Of a stretch of 64,000 nucleotides of DNA, positions 22,983-33,684 are shown piece by piece; the first letter of the stretch is position 1; each line of letters starts with the position of its first letter. Below the pieces are notes generated by a model. That model did no database searches. It was not told the origin of the DNA and was given only the letters and a program-made list of their open reading frames with translations. The position numbers and the translations under genes are program-made. This DNA is from an uncultured Phycisphaerales bacterium (GTDB taxonomy: Bacteria; Planctomycetota; Phycisphaerae; Tepidisphaerales; Tepidisphaeraceae), in NCBI GenBank assembly GCA_963773725.1, contig CAVZCA010000001.1, positions 9,843 to 73,842 of the forward strand, in the 5' to 3' direction.

Positions 22983-24479
22983 TCATTGCGCATCACGCGC
23001 CCGCTCGATCCGGCGGCACGCGCTGATCACCGTGCTGTGATTCCGTTTTCCCATGCGCATCCCGATCTCCGGAAAGCTCAGCTTCGCCGTTTTCCGCACG
23101 AGATACATCGCCACGCTGCGGGCGAGGCTGATCGTTCGCTGGCGCCGGCCGGACATCAGGTCTTTATGTTCGAGTCCGAAATAATCGCAGACCGACTGGA
23201 GAATATTGTCCGGCCGAACCGGTGCGACCATCTGCCGGTCGAGATCGCCGAGCGATTCCTGGGCCATCACGACATCCGGAATCCGGCCGGTGAGTTTGAC
23301 ATGCGCGGCGATCCGCGTGATCGCCCCTTCAAGCTCGCGCACGTTCTGCGTCACCCGCCGAGCGATCCAGCCGACCACTTCCTCCGGCAAATTCAATCCG
23401 CCGCGGTGCGACAGGCTGCGCAGAATCTCGCATCGCGTCGCGAAATTCGGCGGATCGATCCGCACCACCATCCCGCTGACAAAGCGATTGACCAGCGATT
23501 CGCCGAATTCCTCGATCATTTTCGGATGATTGTCGCTGGCCATCACAACCTGCCGGCCCATGGCTTCGATCGCGTTGAAGGTATGCAGGAATTCTTCCTG
23601 CGTCGCCTTCTTGCCGCCGAGGAAATGCACATCGTCGATCACGAGCAGATCGAGATCGCGCATTTTCCTGCGGAAGTTATCGAGCTTGTTCGATCGTAAA
23701 GCGGTAAGAAATTCGTTGGTGAATTCCTCGCCGGTGAGATAGGTCCAGCGCTTGGTCGGGTGATGGGCAATAAATCGCCTGCAAAGTCCCTGGAGCAGAT
23801 GGGTTTTGCCCAGGCCGCAGCCGCCATGAATGAACAGAGGGTTGTATTGGGCAGCCGGGAAATTCGGCGACGTCAGAGGCGCGGTGTTGTACGCGAGTTG
23901 ATTGCTCTGCCCGACGACGAATGTATCGATATCGTGCCGAAGGCGCGGCTTATTGGATTGCGCGGCCTGCTGATCCTCCGCCGCGGAAGTCGGGCGGCGC
24001 GGGCTCATGACCGGCATGACCTTGCAGATCGTCTCGCTGGCCGCGGCGGCGGCGCGGGTTTCAGCAGCAATAGCGGCCCGGGTTTCTGACGGCTGCGCGG
24101 CCGGCGTGGAAGAAAGAATGGGCGAGCCGAGCAGGGGGGCCCCGATGGGTCGCGCCGACGCTTTCGCGCCATCCGCCGCCGGTTTGTCCGAAGCGCCGTC
24201 GGTGGTATTCACCTCAAATAGCTGCGGCACGACGCTGAATCTCACCGCGAGCGAGCAGCCCAGAACTTCATGGGCTGCATCCTGAATCGGCTTGCTGAAG
24301 TGCGAACCGATCCACTCGCTGATGAAATCGTTGGGGACGGCTATTTCCAGCCCGTCCTGCCTCAGATCGAGGCGCGTGGAATTATTAAACCAAACATGAA
24401 ACCGTTGTTGTCCTACCCGTTGAGCGATTGCGTTGGCCAATCGTGCCAACTGCGGATCGTGTGCGCCGATGCAGCTCAC
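22983..24479 (-). CDS. dnaA: Chromosomal replication initiator protein DnaA
   Basis: Intact. Motifs YNPLFIHGGCGLGKTHLLQ (Walker A), LLVIDDVHFL and the C-terminal DNA-binding RQRTISLARSVAMYLVRK...GKRNHSTV. The frame stays open up to 24647, but a GTG at 24477-24479 gives a typical 498-aa DnaA. Confidence 0.9.
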   Translation of the reverse strand: MSCIGAHDPQLARLANAIAQRVGQQRFHVWFNNSTRLDLRQDGLEIAVPNDFISEWIGSHFSKPIQDAAHEVLGCSLAVRFSVVPQLFEVNTTDGASDKPAADGAKASARPIGAPLLGSPILSSTPAAQPSETRAAIAAETRAAAAASETICKVMPVMSPRRPTSAAEDQQAAQSNKPRLRHDIDTFVVGQSNQLAYNTAPLTSPNFPAAQYNPLFIHGGCGLGKTHLLQGLCRRFIAHHPTKRWTYLTGEEFTNEFLTALRSNKLDNFRRKMRDLDLLVIDDVHFLGGKKATQEEFLHTFNAIEAMGRQVVMASDNHPKMIEEFGESLVNRFVSGMVVRIDPPNFATRCEILRSLSHRGGLNLPEEVVGWIARRVTQNVRELEGAITRIAAHVKLTGRIPDVVMAQESLGDLDRQMVAPVRPDNILQSVCDYFGLEHKDLMSGRRQRTISLARSVAMYLVRKTAKLSFPEIGMRMGKRNHSTVISACRRIERARDAQ

Positions 24480-24908
24480 GCCGACTCCTTCCGTGCAAAA
24501 CCGTATGTCCCGACCCGACGGTTCGCAAAAGCCACCAGACCGGGTCGGCTGGCCACCACAGGAACAACTCAAGGAAACAAAACCCTGTGCCGTCCTACGG
24601 CGCCGTCCGATACGCCCTGCCACTGGCAAAGCGCAGCATTCCCTCATCCTTGGCCGGCGTCCTGCCTTAACCTGGGAAAAACCAAACCTTAAAAATCATC
24701 CGTGAAGTGGCGGAGAAAATAGTCTGCGTTAACAGTACTGGCAAGTAAAACTTTATCGGATTTTCCGTTCACAACGATCAAAACATCGGTAGGGCCGGTG
24801 CGGTTTGTTTAGGAAATCTTTTTTTCAACTTTCGATCCACCGTATTATCGGACTGTGCACAACTGGTGCACAAAATGGGGAAATATTTCGTTCTTCCCGG
24901 CAGGATCA

Positions 24909-25922
24909 TCACTTGGAGGTACGCAGGTCCAAAATCATCGCCACCCGCGCCGCGATCCGCTGCATCCCGTGACGAAAATACAATCGCAGGGCCGGCTCAT
25001 TTTGCGAATCCACCGCCAGCGTCAGCCCCCGCCGGCGATCGGAAACAATCAGGTGCATCGCCTGCTGCATGAGAACCGTCCCAAGTCCTTTCCCCCGCGC
25101 TTCAACCGCCAGCCCGAGATAGACCAGCTCAACCGCATCGCTGTTCGGAATCCGGCTCAGCAGCAGCACGCCGCGCGGCTGGTCATTTTCCACGATCAAT
25201 TGCCACATCTCCGGAACATGCTCCCCGGTGGCTCGGTGTCCGGCGATGATGTCTTCAATGTCCCGCAGTCCGCTGAGGGCCGGGCAATCAAGACTGTCAC
25301 GATAACTTCGCAGGATGCCCTCTGCAAAAAGAGCATGATTTTCCGACGAATAACTCACAAACCGCATGTTCCGCGGCAGTGGCGGCGATTTCGCAATCCG
25401 GGGCACAGTCCCCTGCAGATAGATCAACTCAGCTACTTGCGTGAATCCGAGATCGCTAAAAAGCATCCGCGCCTGCGAATGATCCGGCTCAAACAGCACC
25501 TGTGCCAGATGCACATTCCGCTGGCGGAAGTATTCGCATAGCTCGGTAACAAGTTGAACGGCCGCCGGATAAACGGAATCGGCAATGTTCGAGCCAGTCA
25601 GCAATAACAGCGTTTTTCCGGGGTTCAGGATCGGTAATGCCGCCCAGACCAGCTTCCCACGGCTCTCAGCCACCCACATGGCAGACAGATCGATCCGCCG
25701 CTGCGTCGTGGATTGGATGAAATCGACCACCTGGGTAGCCGAAGGGGGGTGGCCCGGGCCACTCAGGATCATGGCAGCGGCGGCCTGGAACTCGGTTCGT
25801 TTCGCCGGGCGGCAAATGACCGCTCCGCTCCCGTCCCGACGGGCCGTCAAAAGAGAATTTGACATGATCGCCACGGAACGTAAGAATAACGCTGGCCAGG
25901 TGGAATGGCCATTATTTTCCAC
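24909..25922 (-). CDS. GNAT-family N-acetyltransferase (two acetyltransferase-like halves)
   Basis: 337 aa and intact. The C-terminal half carries LVYLGLAVEARGKGLGTVLMQQAM...NEPALRLYFRHGM (acetyl-CoA binding motif). Confidence 0.7.
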   Translation of the reverse strand: MENNGHSTWPALFLRSVAIMSNSLLTARRDGSGAVICRPAKRTEFQAAAAMILSGPGHPPSATQVVDFIQSTTQRRIDLSAMWVAESRGKLVWAALPILNPGKTLLLLTGSNIADSVYPAAVQLVTELCEYFRQRNVHLAQVLFEPDHSQARMLFSDLGFTQVAELIYLQGTVPRIAKSPPLPRNMRFVSYSSENHALFAEGILRSYRDSLDCPALSGLRDIEDIIAGHRATGEHVPEMWQLIVENDQPRGVLLLSRIPNSDAVELVYLGLAVEARGKGLGTVLMQQAMHLIVSDRRRGLTLAVDSQNEPALRLYFRHGMQRIAARVAMILDLRTSK

Positions 25923-25951
25923 GCCCGCCTTGGAATGCGGAGTGCTTCACC

Positions 25952-26564
25952 ATGTTATGGCGATTGCCGATTGCAGGATTTCTGGTTGTCTTTGCGCTCG
26001 GTAGCCCCGGTGCAGGCGGACTATCCACAGCCCAGCCCCTATCCCGTCTCCTGGGAATTGACGCTGACTCATTCAGTTCCCAAGCGCATCCTCGTGCAGG
26101 GTCCGGGCGATTCCAATCCCGGAGCCTATTGGTACGTGACCTATCACGTCGTCAATAACTCTGACCGGGACAAGGTGCTATTTTATCCAAGCTTCGAGAT
26201 GGTCCTCGAAGATGGACAAGTCATTCGCAGCGACATGGGCATCTCCCCTGGCGTCTTCGATGCCATCAAGCAGCACGAGCATTTGAAATATCTGCAAAAT
26301 AACGATCTCATCGGCGGCGAGCTTCGCCAGGGTGAGGATCAATCCAAAGACGGCGTCGCCATCTGGGCCGAGCCCCGATTGCGGATGGGAACGTTTACTA
26401 TCTTCTGCTCCGGTTTCTGGGGCGAGAGCGCGACGGTGACGGTCGGCGACAAGGAAGTGACCCTTCACAAAACCTTGCAGCTCACCTACCACCTCGATTC
26501 CGACGAAGCCCACCCAGGCGGCGGAGACCTGGTGGCAAAGGACGAAGTTTACGTAATGCGATAA
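25952..26564 (+). CDS. Hypothetical secreted protein, with a probable frame change near 26000
   Basis: Signal-like MLWRLPIAGFLVVFALGS (frame of 25952), then ORF 25905-26564 from ...APVQADYPQPSPYPVSWEL onward. Confidence 0.4.
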
Positions 26565-26588
26565 AGGTATATGCATCAAAGGTGAAAT

Positions 26589-26843
26589 ATGGCACATAAA
26601 AAAGGACAAGGTTCCACCCGCAACGGCCGCGATAGCAATCCCCAATATCTCGGCATCAAAACCTATGGCGGAGAAGTCGTCACGGCCGGATCGATCATCA
26701 TCCGCCAGCGCGGCACCCGCTTTCAGCCGGGCTTCAACGTGGGCATCGGCAAAGATGACACGCTCTTCGCCCTGAAGCCGGGCAAAGTGGAATTCCAGGG
26801 CCGCAAGGTGCACGTGCGCGTGGAAGCCGCCGCGAAAGCCTGA
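26589..26843 (+). CDS. rpmA: 50S ribosomal protein L27
   Basis: [24 protein letters not shown]...[13 protein letters not shown]. 84 aa and intact. Confidence 0.95.
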   Translation: MAHKKGQGSTRNGRDSNPQYLGIKTYGGEVVTAGSIIIRQRGTRFQPGFNVGIGKDDTLFALKPGKVEFQGRKVHVRVEAAAKA

Positions 26844-26876
26844 GCGGCGCTACCACCTACGCGAATTCATACAAAG

Positions 26877-26900
26877 CCCACGGCCTCGCCGTGGGTTTTT
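26877..26900 (+). terminator. Rho-independent terminator after rpmA
   Basis: CCCACGG-cctcg-CCGTGGG followed by TTTTT. Confidence 0.6.
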
Positions 26901-26999
26901 GATTTATAAGAAAACGTCGTGCAAGCCGACGGCTTCATGTTTATAATAAATAACGAGAAGTAAGACGGAATGCCTTTCGGATCATCCGGGAGTTTCAAT

Positions 27000-27224
27000 A
27001 TGCAGATCGTTCACCTGAAAGTGCAGGGCCAGATCGAATCTAATGGACATCTGCATCTGGATGTGCAGACCCAGTTGCCCGCGGGAGAGGCCAACGTGGT
27101 CCTCACCATCAGTTCAAGCAACGAACCAAAAAATAATGGGCGCAATTTTTCCGATCTTGCGGGTCGGCTAGTCTGGCGTGGCGATCCGGTTGCTGAGCAG
27201 CGGAGGGTTCGCAATGAATGGTAG
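27000..27224 (+). CDS. Antitoxin of the VapBC-type module
   Basis: Small ORF (MQIVHLKVQGQ...) ending ...GDPVAEQRRVRNEW, a tail common in PIN-partner antitoxins. Its stop overlaps the vapC start by 11 nt. Confidence 0.5.
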   Translation: MQIVHLKVQGQIESNGHLHLDVQTQLPAGEANVVLTISSSNEPKNNGRNFSDLAGRLVWRGDPVAEQRRVRNEW

Positions 27225-27591
27225 GCGCCTGCTGCTTGATACGAATGCAATCATTGCTTTGCTTCAGGGCAATCAACAGGTGCTGGAACTCACATCCTCG
27301 ATCGATTGGATCGGCATATCAATTATTAGCCACATTGAATTCCTTTGTTTTTCGGGGCTGACCCAGTCAGACCGTGATCTGTTCGCTCAATTTCTTAACA
27401 GGGTTGAGATCATCGGGCTTCATTCCGGGGAACAACAGCTAATTGAACGGGCGGTTGAAATCCGGCGGTCATTTCGCGTTAAGCTCCCCGATGCAATCGT
27501 TGCGGCATCTGCACTGAGCCATGACGCCATTCTTGTCACCGCGGATCGGCAGTTGTCATCCATTAAAGATCTTTCCGTTCTCTTGTTTTAA
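27214..27591 (+). CDS. vapC: PIN-domain ribonuclease toxin VapC
   Basis: MNGRRLLLDTNAIIALL (first acidic residue), ...ISIISHIEF..., ...KLPDAIVAASAL...ILVTADRQL (PIN acidic residues). Confidence 0.8.
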   Translation: MNGRRLLLDTNAIIALLQGNQQVLELTSSIDWIGISIISHIEFLCFSGLTQSDRDLFAQFLNRVEIIGLHSGEQQLIERAVEIRRSFRVKLPDAIVAASALSHDAILVTADRQLSSIKDLSVLLF

Positions 27592-28662
<1,071 letters not shown>

Positions 28663-28679
<17 letters not shown>

Positions 28680-29235
28680 TCTTCAGGTCGCATTAAAAGA
28701 ATGGGCCAGCGTTTGCGGCGCTCTCTCGCAAGGCCGCCAAATCATTCTGCTCCGCAAAGGCGGCATCTACGAATCCGCCGGCGAATTCGAAATTGAGCAT
28801 CGCCAGTTTCTCCTGTTCCCCACTTACCTCCATCAAAACGCCGCGATGCTCAAAGATGAAGAACGAGCTAACTTGGTAAAGCTTTCATCCGAACCAGCGA
28901 AAATCGAAATCTCCCTCGCCGGCGAAATCACCGACATCATTCCAATGACCAATCGCGCGACGATGGATGCTCTGAACGATGAACACATCTGGACGAGCCC
29001 TCTGATCGACATGCGATTCAACTATCGCCCCGAAAATCCCCTTTATCTTTTACTCGTGCGAACCTATCGCCTGACCGCCCCAATAACGATCGAAAACACC
29101 CCAGCCTACGCCGGCTGCAAAAGCTGGGTTCCCCTCGAACACCCCATCAAAACAACCAACGCCACACCAGTCCTAACCGACACCGAATACGCCCAACGAA
29201 GGAACACCATCCTGGACCGAACCTCAACGCTCTAA
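28663..29235 (+). CDS. DUF1802-like conserved protein
   Basis: 190 aa and intact. ALKEWASVCGALSQGRQIILLRKGGI...FLLFPTY. The start overlaps the obg stop. Confidence 0.6.
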
Positions 29236-29238
29236 CCC

Positions 29239-29359
29239 CTCGCCTGCAAACGGCCCGCCCGACCGTCATCGGGCCAGCCGATGGCGTTCGCAGCGGCAAC
29301 CACTGTTTTATTCGAGCCCCAGCCCCCGAGCCGTCACCAAAATCGCAACGAACATAATC
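29239..29359. repeat. Copy of the dispersed intergenic repeat family
   Basis: CTCGCCTG...AGCCGATGGCG...TTATTCGAGCC...GCCGTCACCAAAATCGCAACGAACATAATC aligns with AGCCGACGGCG...CTATTCGAGTA...GCCGTCACGAAAACCGTAACCGATCATC at 3565-3654. Confidence 0.6.
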
Positions 29360-29473
29360 TTTCTATTTCTTCTATTTCATCCCCTCTTACCGAAACGATG
29401 AATCACGAAACTTGACCTATAAAACTTTCGACTTTTTCCCCCCGCCCATTTGATCTAAACTAACCCCACGGCC

Positions 29474-30559
29474 ATGGCATCATCAGAGCGATCCCAGACT
29501 GCTCCTTCCGGTACCGGACAAGCCCGCACCGGCGGAACCCGGGAGCAATTCTCCGCTGAAGAACTCGCCATCGTCCTCTCCCATTTCGACATCGGCGTCA
29601 TCGACTCCATCGTCGAATTCCCCCGCGGCTCCCGCAAAGCTCCAAAACTCCTCATCGTCAGCGAACAGGGAAAATTCCTCCTCAAGCGCCGCGCCCGCGG
29701 CAAAGACGATCCCTTCAAAGTCGCCTTCACCCACGCCTTGCAACTCTATCTGGCCGGCAAGCAGTTTCCCCTGCCGCATCTGATCGGCACGCGGAAGGAC
29801 AACAACTCCATGCTCCAATGGCGCAACGGCGTCTACGAACTCTTCGAATACATCCCCGGCCAAAGCTATCCGCAAACCCTGGAAGCACCTTCGACAGCGG
29901 CCGCATCCTGGCCCTCTATCACAAGCTGCTTGAAGAATTCAAAAGCGAATGGCAACCCCCCAGCGGCAGCTATCACACGGCCACCGCAGTCGAGTCCGGC
30001 CTGCGCACCATTTCCGCCAATATTCCTGACACCGACGAAAATCGCGAAGTCTCCCAGTTGCTCGCCTTCCTCCTCACCACCTACCGCAAAGCCGCCGAAA
30101 AAGTGCAGTCGCTCGGCATCGACAACTGGCCCAAGCAGATCGTTCACGCCGACTGGCATCCCGGCAACATGCTCTTCCGCGACAATCGCGTCGTCGCGGT
30201 CATCGACTACGACAGCGCCCGCCTCCTCCCGCGTATCATCGACGTCGCCAACGGATCGCTTCAGTTCTCCATCATCGGCGGCGACGACGATGTCTCCAAA
30301 TGGCCCGATTATCTCGATGAATCCCGCTTCAAGCGTTTCCTCCGCGGCTATGATGAGGTAATGCTTCTCTCCCAGGCGGAGATTCGCACGATCCCGCTGG
30401 CTGATGATCGAAGCCCTGATCGCCGAGGCCGTCTTCCCCATCGCCGCGACCGGCTCGTTCGGAAAAGTCGAGGGGATGCCATTTTTGCAGATGGTCCAGC
30501 GTAAGATTCTATGGATTCAAAAAAGCTACGACCGCCTGGTCGAGCTAGCCGATGGTTAA
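29474..30559 (+). CDS. Aminoglycoside/homoserine-kinase-type phosphotransferase (APH family), with about 2 frame changes
   Basis: QIVHADWHPGNMLF (catalytic loop) and AVIDYDSA (DxD metal-binding motif). Pieces 29474-30361 and 29818-30504 plus a tail ending in LVELADG. Confidence 0.65.
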
Positions 30560-31358
30560 AGCGCGGGGAAAAAGAAGTAGGTTCGTCTTGGCTGATGATT
30601 CGCGTAAATGGTGGCTGACAGTCGCGATACTCGCGGCAATTTTTTTACTGCCGCGCAGCGTGATTCGCGCAGCTGAAACCGAACCCTCCACCCAGCCGGC
30701 TCCAGTCTCACAGCACCAAATAAAAATCTGGGTCCAGCAACTCGGCAGCGACGATCCGCAATCGCGCCGCGCCGCTCTCGATGAACTCATGACCCTCAAA
30801 CGCCGCGATCTCCCCACCCTTCGCGCTGTAGCGATGTCCGATCTTCCGCTCCTCCCTCAGCAAGTCGCCGCTATCCGCGAAGCCGTCACGCAGGTTTACC
30901 TGACCGAAGAGCCATACAAGATCGCCACCGACCCTCAGCAGGACATCGGATTTCTCGGCCTGCAATGGCCGCTCGATGCCCCCAGCCAGCCTCCCGACGG
31001 CGTTCTCGTCTGGTCCCGAATCCCCGGCTTCGTCGCCTATCGCGTCCTTCAGCCGGGTGATATCATTGTGAAGATCATCAATCAGCCCGCGCAGCCAGAT
31101 GTCGAGCTGCATGATTTCACTCAGTTCACCACCCTCGTGCGGGTCATGCACGCCGGCGAAGTGCTTCGGCTGCAAATCCTTCGCTACGGGCGACCGACCG
31201 ATGTCTCGATCCGGCTCGATCATCGCCCGGTGAATGTGAATGATGACGCCAAGCGGCAGCAGTGGCTCAACGCCCGAACGCAAGCAGCGGAGGAGTATTG
31301 GAACCACGAGTTTTCAGCGATCGACCCGGGACAGGTGGCATCCTCAACCCAACCATGA
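30552..31358 (+). CDS. Membrane-anchored HEAT/PDZ-like protein
   Basis: 268 aa and intact. TM WWLTVAILAAIFLL. PDZ-like GFLGLQW...LQPGDIIVKI...GEVLRLQILRYGR. Confidence 0.5.
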   Translation: MVKARGKRSRFVLADDSRKWWLTVAILAAIFLLPRSVIRAAETEPSTQPAPVSQHQIKIWVQQLGSDDPQSRRAALDELMTLKRRDLPTLRAVAMSDLPLLPQQVAAIREAVTQVYLTEEPYKIATDPQQDIGFLGLQWPLDAPSQPPDGVLVWSRIPGFVAYRVLQPGDIIVKIINQPAQPDVELHDFTQFTTLVRVMHAGEVLRLQILRYGRPTDVSIRLDHRPVNVNDDAKRQQWLNARTQAAEEYWNHEFSAIDPGQVASSTQP

Positions 31359-32362
31359 TCGATCCCTATCGTCGGATGCTCGATAGCCTGTCCGCCTGCC
31401 GCCGGGTGCTGATCACCACCCACGCGCGCCCTGATGGCGACGCCCTCGGCACCGCCGCCGCCATGGCCCTGGCCCTTCGCCGCCAGAAAATCGACAGCGA
31501 TGTCCTCCTCTTCAATCGCCTTCCCCGCAAATACGCCTTCCTGTTCGAAGACAACAAAATCACCCATCACGACGTTGAAGCAGGCTGGCCTAAGCCCTAT
31601 CCGCTGGACACATTCGACGCTCTGCTCGTGGTGGACACAGGCACATGGTCACAATTGCCCGGCTTAAAAGATCAGATCAACAACTGGACCCGTCCGCGCC
31701 TCGTCCTCGATCACCATCTCACCCAGGAAGACTGGGCGGATGTAAAGCTGGTGGACACGCAAGCCGCCGCCGCCGGCGAAATCGCCGCGTCTCTTCTCGC
31801 GAAATGGAAAATCCCCATCGACCAATCCATCGCGACGGCCCTGTTCGTGGCCATCGCCAGCGACACCGGCTGGTTCCAGTTCAGCAACACCCGCCCGGCC
31901 ACGCTTCGCCTCGCGGCCGATCTCATGGAAGCCGGCGTCAACACCGACACCATGTATCAGCGCCTCTACCAAAACGAGCGAGCCGAGCGCGTGGCCCTGC
32001 AAACGCGCGCCCAGGATTCGCTCGAACTGCTGGAGAATGGCCGCCTCGCCGTCATGCGCGTACAGAAAAAAGATTTCCAGGAAACCGGCGCCAAGGCGGA
32101 GGACACCGAAAACCTGATCAACATCCCGCTGCAAATCCGCACGGTGGAAGTCTCAATCCTCCTGATCGAGCCCCCGGAAGATTCCCCAATCCGCGTCAGC
32201 CTGCGAAGCAAGGGCCAGGTGGACGTAGCCAGATTCGCCGAACAATTCGGCGGCGGCGGCCACGCGCGGGCATCGGGGTTGAAAATCCCCGGATCACTTC
32301 AGGAAGCCCATGATCGCGTCGTAGCGGCAATGATGAGTGTAATGACCGCGAATCCACATTGA
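31355..32362 (+). CDS. nrnA: DHH-family phosphoesterase (NrnA-like oligoribonuclease / pAp phosphatase)
   Basis: THARPDGDALGT (motif I), VVDTG, LDHH (motif III), DHHA1 GGGGHARASG. The ATG at 31355 overlaps the upstream stop (ATGA). Confidence 0.8.
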   Translation: MIDPYRRMLDSLSACRRVLITTHARPDGDALGTAAAMALALRRQKIDSDVLLFNRLPRKYAFLFEDNKITHHDVEAGWPKPYPLDTFDALLVVDTGTWSQLPGLKDQINNWTRPRLVLDHHLTQEDWADVKLVDTQAAAAGEIAASLLAKWKIPIDQSIATALFVAIASDTGWFQFSNTRPATLRLAADLMEAGVNTDTMYQRLYQNERAERVALQTRAQDSLELLENGRLAVMRVQKKDFQETGAKAEDTENLINIPLQIRTVEVSILLIEPPEDSPIRVSLRSKGQVDVARFAEQFGGGGHARASGLKIPGSLQEAHDRVVAAMMSVMTANPH

Positions 32363-32410
32363 CAAATCCACGACAAGGGTTATCATTTAAGATAACACCA
32401 GAGGCGGAGC

Positions 32411-32659
32411 ATGCCGCATCTTGAGGTGATTTGGATCGATGGCCCTGATGGGAACGTGCGGCATCTCGCTGAGCACGGCATAACTCGTGAGGAAGCCGGT
32501 GATGTGCTGGCCAACCCAATCTCTACAGCCGTCAGTCGTCGCACGGGCCGTCCGATTGCCTTCGGATTTACTCGTTCTGGCCGGAAGCTGGCCGTTGTTT
32601 ACGAACGGGTTGATCGGATGACCGTGTATCCCATTACTGCGTTCGACGTGGAGGACTAA
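32411..32659 (+). CDS. brnT: BrnT-family (DUF497) toxin
   Basis: 82 aa. WIDGPDGNVRHLAEHGITREEAGDVL...GRKLAVVYERVDRMTVYPITAF matches the DUF497/BrnT pattern. Confidence 0.7.
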   Translation: MPHLEVIWIDGPDGNVRHLAEHGITREEAGDVLANPISTAVSRRTGRPIAFGFTRSGRKLAVVYERVDRMTVYPITAFDVED

Positions 32660-32661
32660 AT

Positions 32662-33015
32662 ATGCCGGCTATTCGCCGCTCAAAAAAGAAACTCAGTCCC
32701 AGGCGAATCAAATCGCTGAAAGCGCTCGCACGCAAAATCGACGCGGAGGAAGGGGCGGCCATTCGTGCTCAGGCTCATGAGACGTTCAGCCACCATCAAT
32801 GGCTCCGGGACGTTGTCGATGCGCTGAAAGCGCAGCGGCTGAGACGTGGCTTGAGCCTTGCCGACCTGGCACGGCTCACTGGCATTGCCAAACCAAATCT
32901 AAGCCGCCTGGAAACCAGCATTCATTCGACGCCGACATTGGATACCCTGGAGCGCTATGCCCGTGCCATCGGAATGACGGTGCGCATCGAACTGGTAAAT
33001 GCCAGCGCGGCCTGA
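32662..33015 (+). CDS. HTH (XRE-type) antitoxin partner of BrnT
   Basis: 117 aa, starting 3 nt after the brnT stop. LSLADLARLTGIAKPNLSRLE helix-turn-helix. Confidence 0.65.
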   Translation: MPAIRRSKKKLSPRRIKSLKALARKIDAEEGAAIRAQAHETFSHHQWLRDVVDALKAQRLRRGLSLADLARLTGIAKPNLSRLETSIHSTPTLDTLERYARAIGMTVRIELVNASAA

Positions 33016-33067
33016 ATGGGGAATTGGGCCGCCCCCGTTGAACTTCGCGTTTTTTGGAAACAAATTC

Positions 33068-33367
33068 ATGCCGAACATTCCAATAGCCTGTACGCTAAAC
33101 CATGCCGAACTTGCCGACCGCAAAAATCGCCTCGCCCGGCTTAGCCGTAGCGTCATCGAGCGCACAGAACTCGAAAACGGCGTATCGCTCCGATTCAAAA
33201 TTCTGCCCGGACTTCTGATCGAGTTAGCGAAGGTCATAGGCCATGAACATGAATGTTGCCGGTTCCTGAGCTTTGTTCTCGCAATCGACGCGGGATCAGA
33301 ATGGGTCCGGCTGGATCTGACCGGTCCGGCTGGAACGAAGGAATTTCTTCGTGAACTGGTCCTTTGA
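33068..33367 (+). CDS. Conserved hypothetical protein (CTL...CCxFL motif family)
   Basis: MPNIPIACTLNHAEL...HEHECCRFLSFVL...VRLDLTGPAGTKEFLREL. I recall this pattern from small proteins often encoded next to ArsR/MerR regulators. Confidence 0.4.
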   Translation: MPNIPIACTLNHAELADRKNRLARLSRSVIERTELENGVSLRFKILPGLLIELAKVIGHEHECCRFLSFVLAIDAGSEWVRLDLTGPAGTKEFLRELVL

Positions 33368-33387
33368 ATTGCCCCCAAAGCTGCGTC

Positions 33388-33684
33388 CTACCCGCCCGCG
33401 ATCGCCCCAATAATGTAAAACGCCTCAACCCCCGACCCAACAGCATCCGGAAGTTCCGCGTCGGGCGAGTCGTGTGACAAGTCTTCCTCGCACGCGAAGA
33501 ATCGCACCAGCGGCCGGCGCTCCTGTGTGACTTGATCGCGGATCGTCCCACGAAGCATCGGATACCGAACCTCCAGCGCATCCAACACCGACCGCTGTGT
33601 GACCACCCCTTTCACCTCAAGCATCACCTCGCGGCCGACGCTAGCCAGCCCCTGCAGATGTGCCGGAAGAATCACTCGGATCAT
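33388..33684 (-). CDS. MoaD/ThiS-family ubiquitin-like protein with a free C-terminal Gly-Gly
   Basis: 98 aa. [10 protein letters not shown]...[13 protein letters not shown]-stop. The ATG overlaps the stop of the upstream BNR gene (ATGA). Confidence 0.75.
   Translation of the reverse strand: MIRVILPAHLQGLASVGREVMLEVKGVVTQRSVLDALEVRYPMLRGTIRDQVTQERRPLVRFFACEEDLSHDSPDAELPDAVGSGVEAFYIIGAIAGG

Noticed and set aside
24650-24908. Canonical DnaA boxes (TTATCCACA)
   Set aside because: No 9/9 or 8/9 match was found by eye, only 6-7/9 matches. The oriC assignment is therefore left as a hypothesis rather than a feature.
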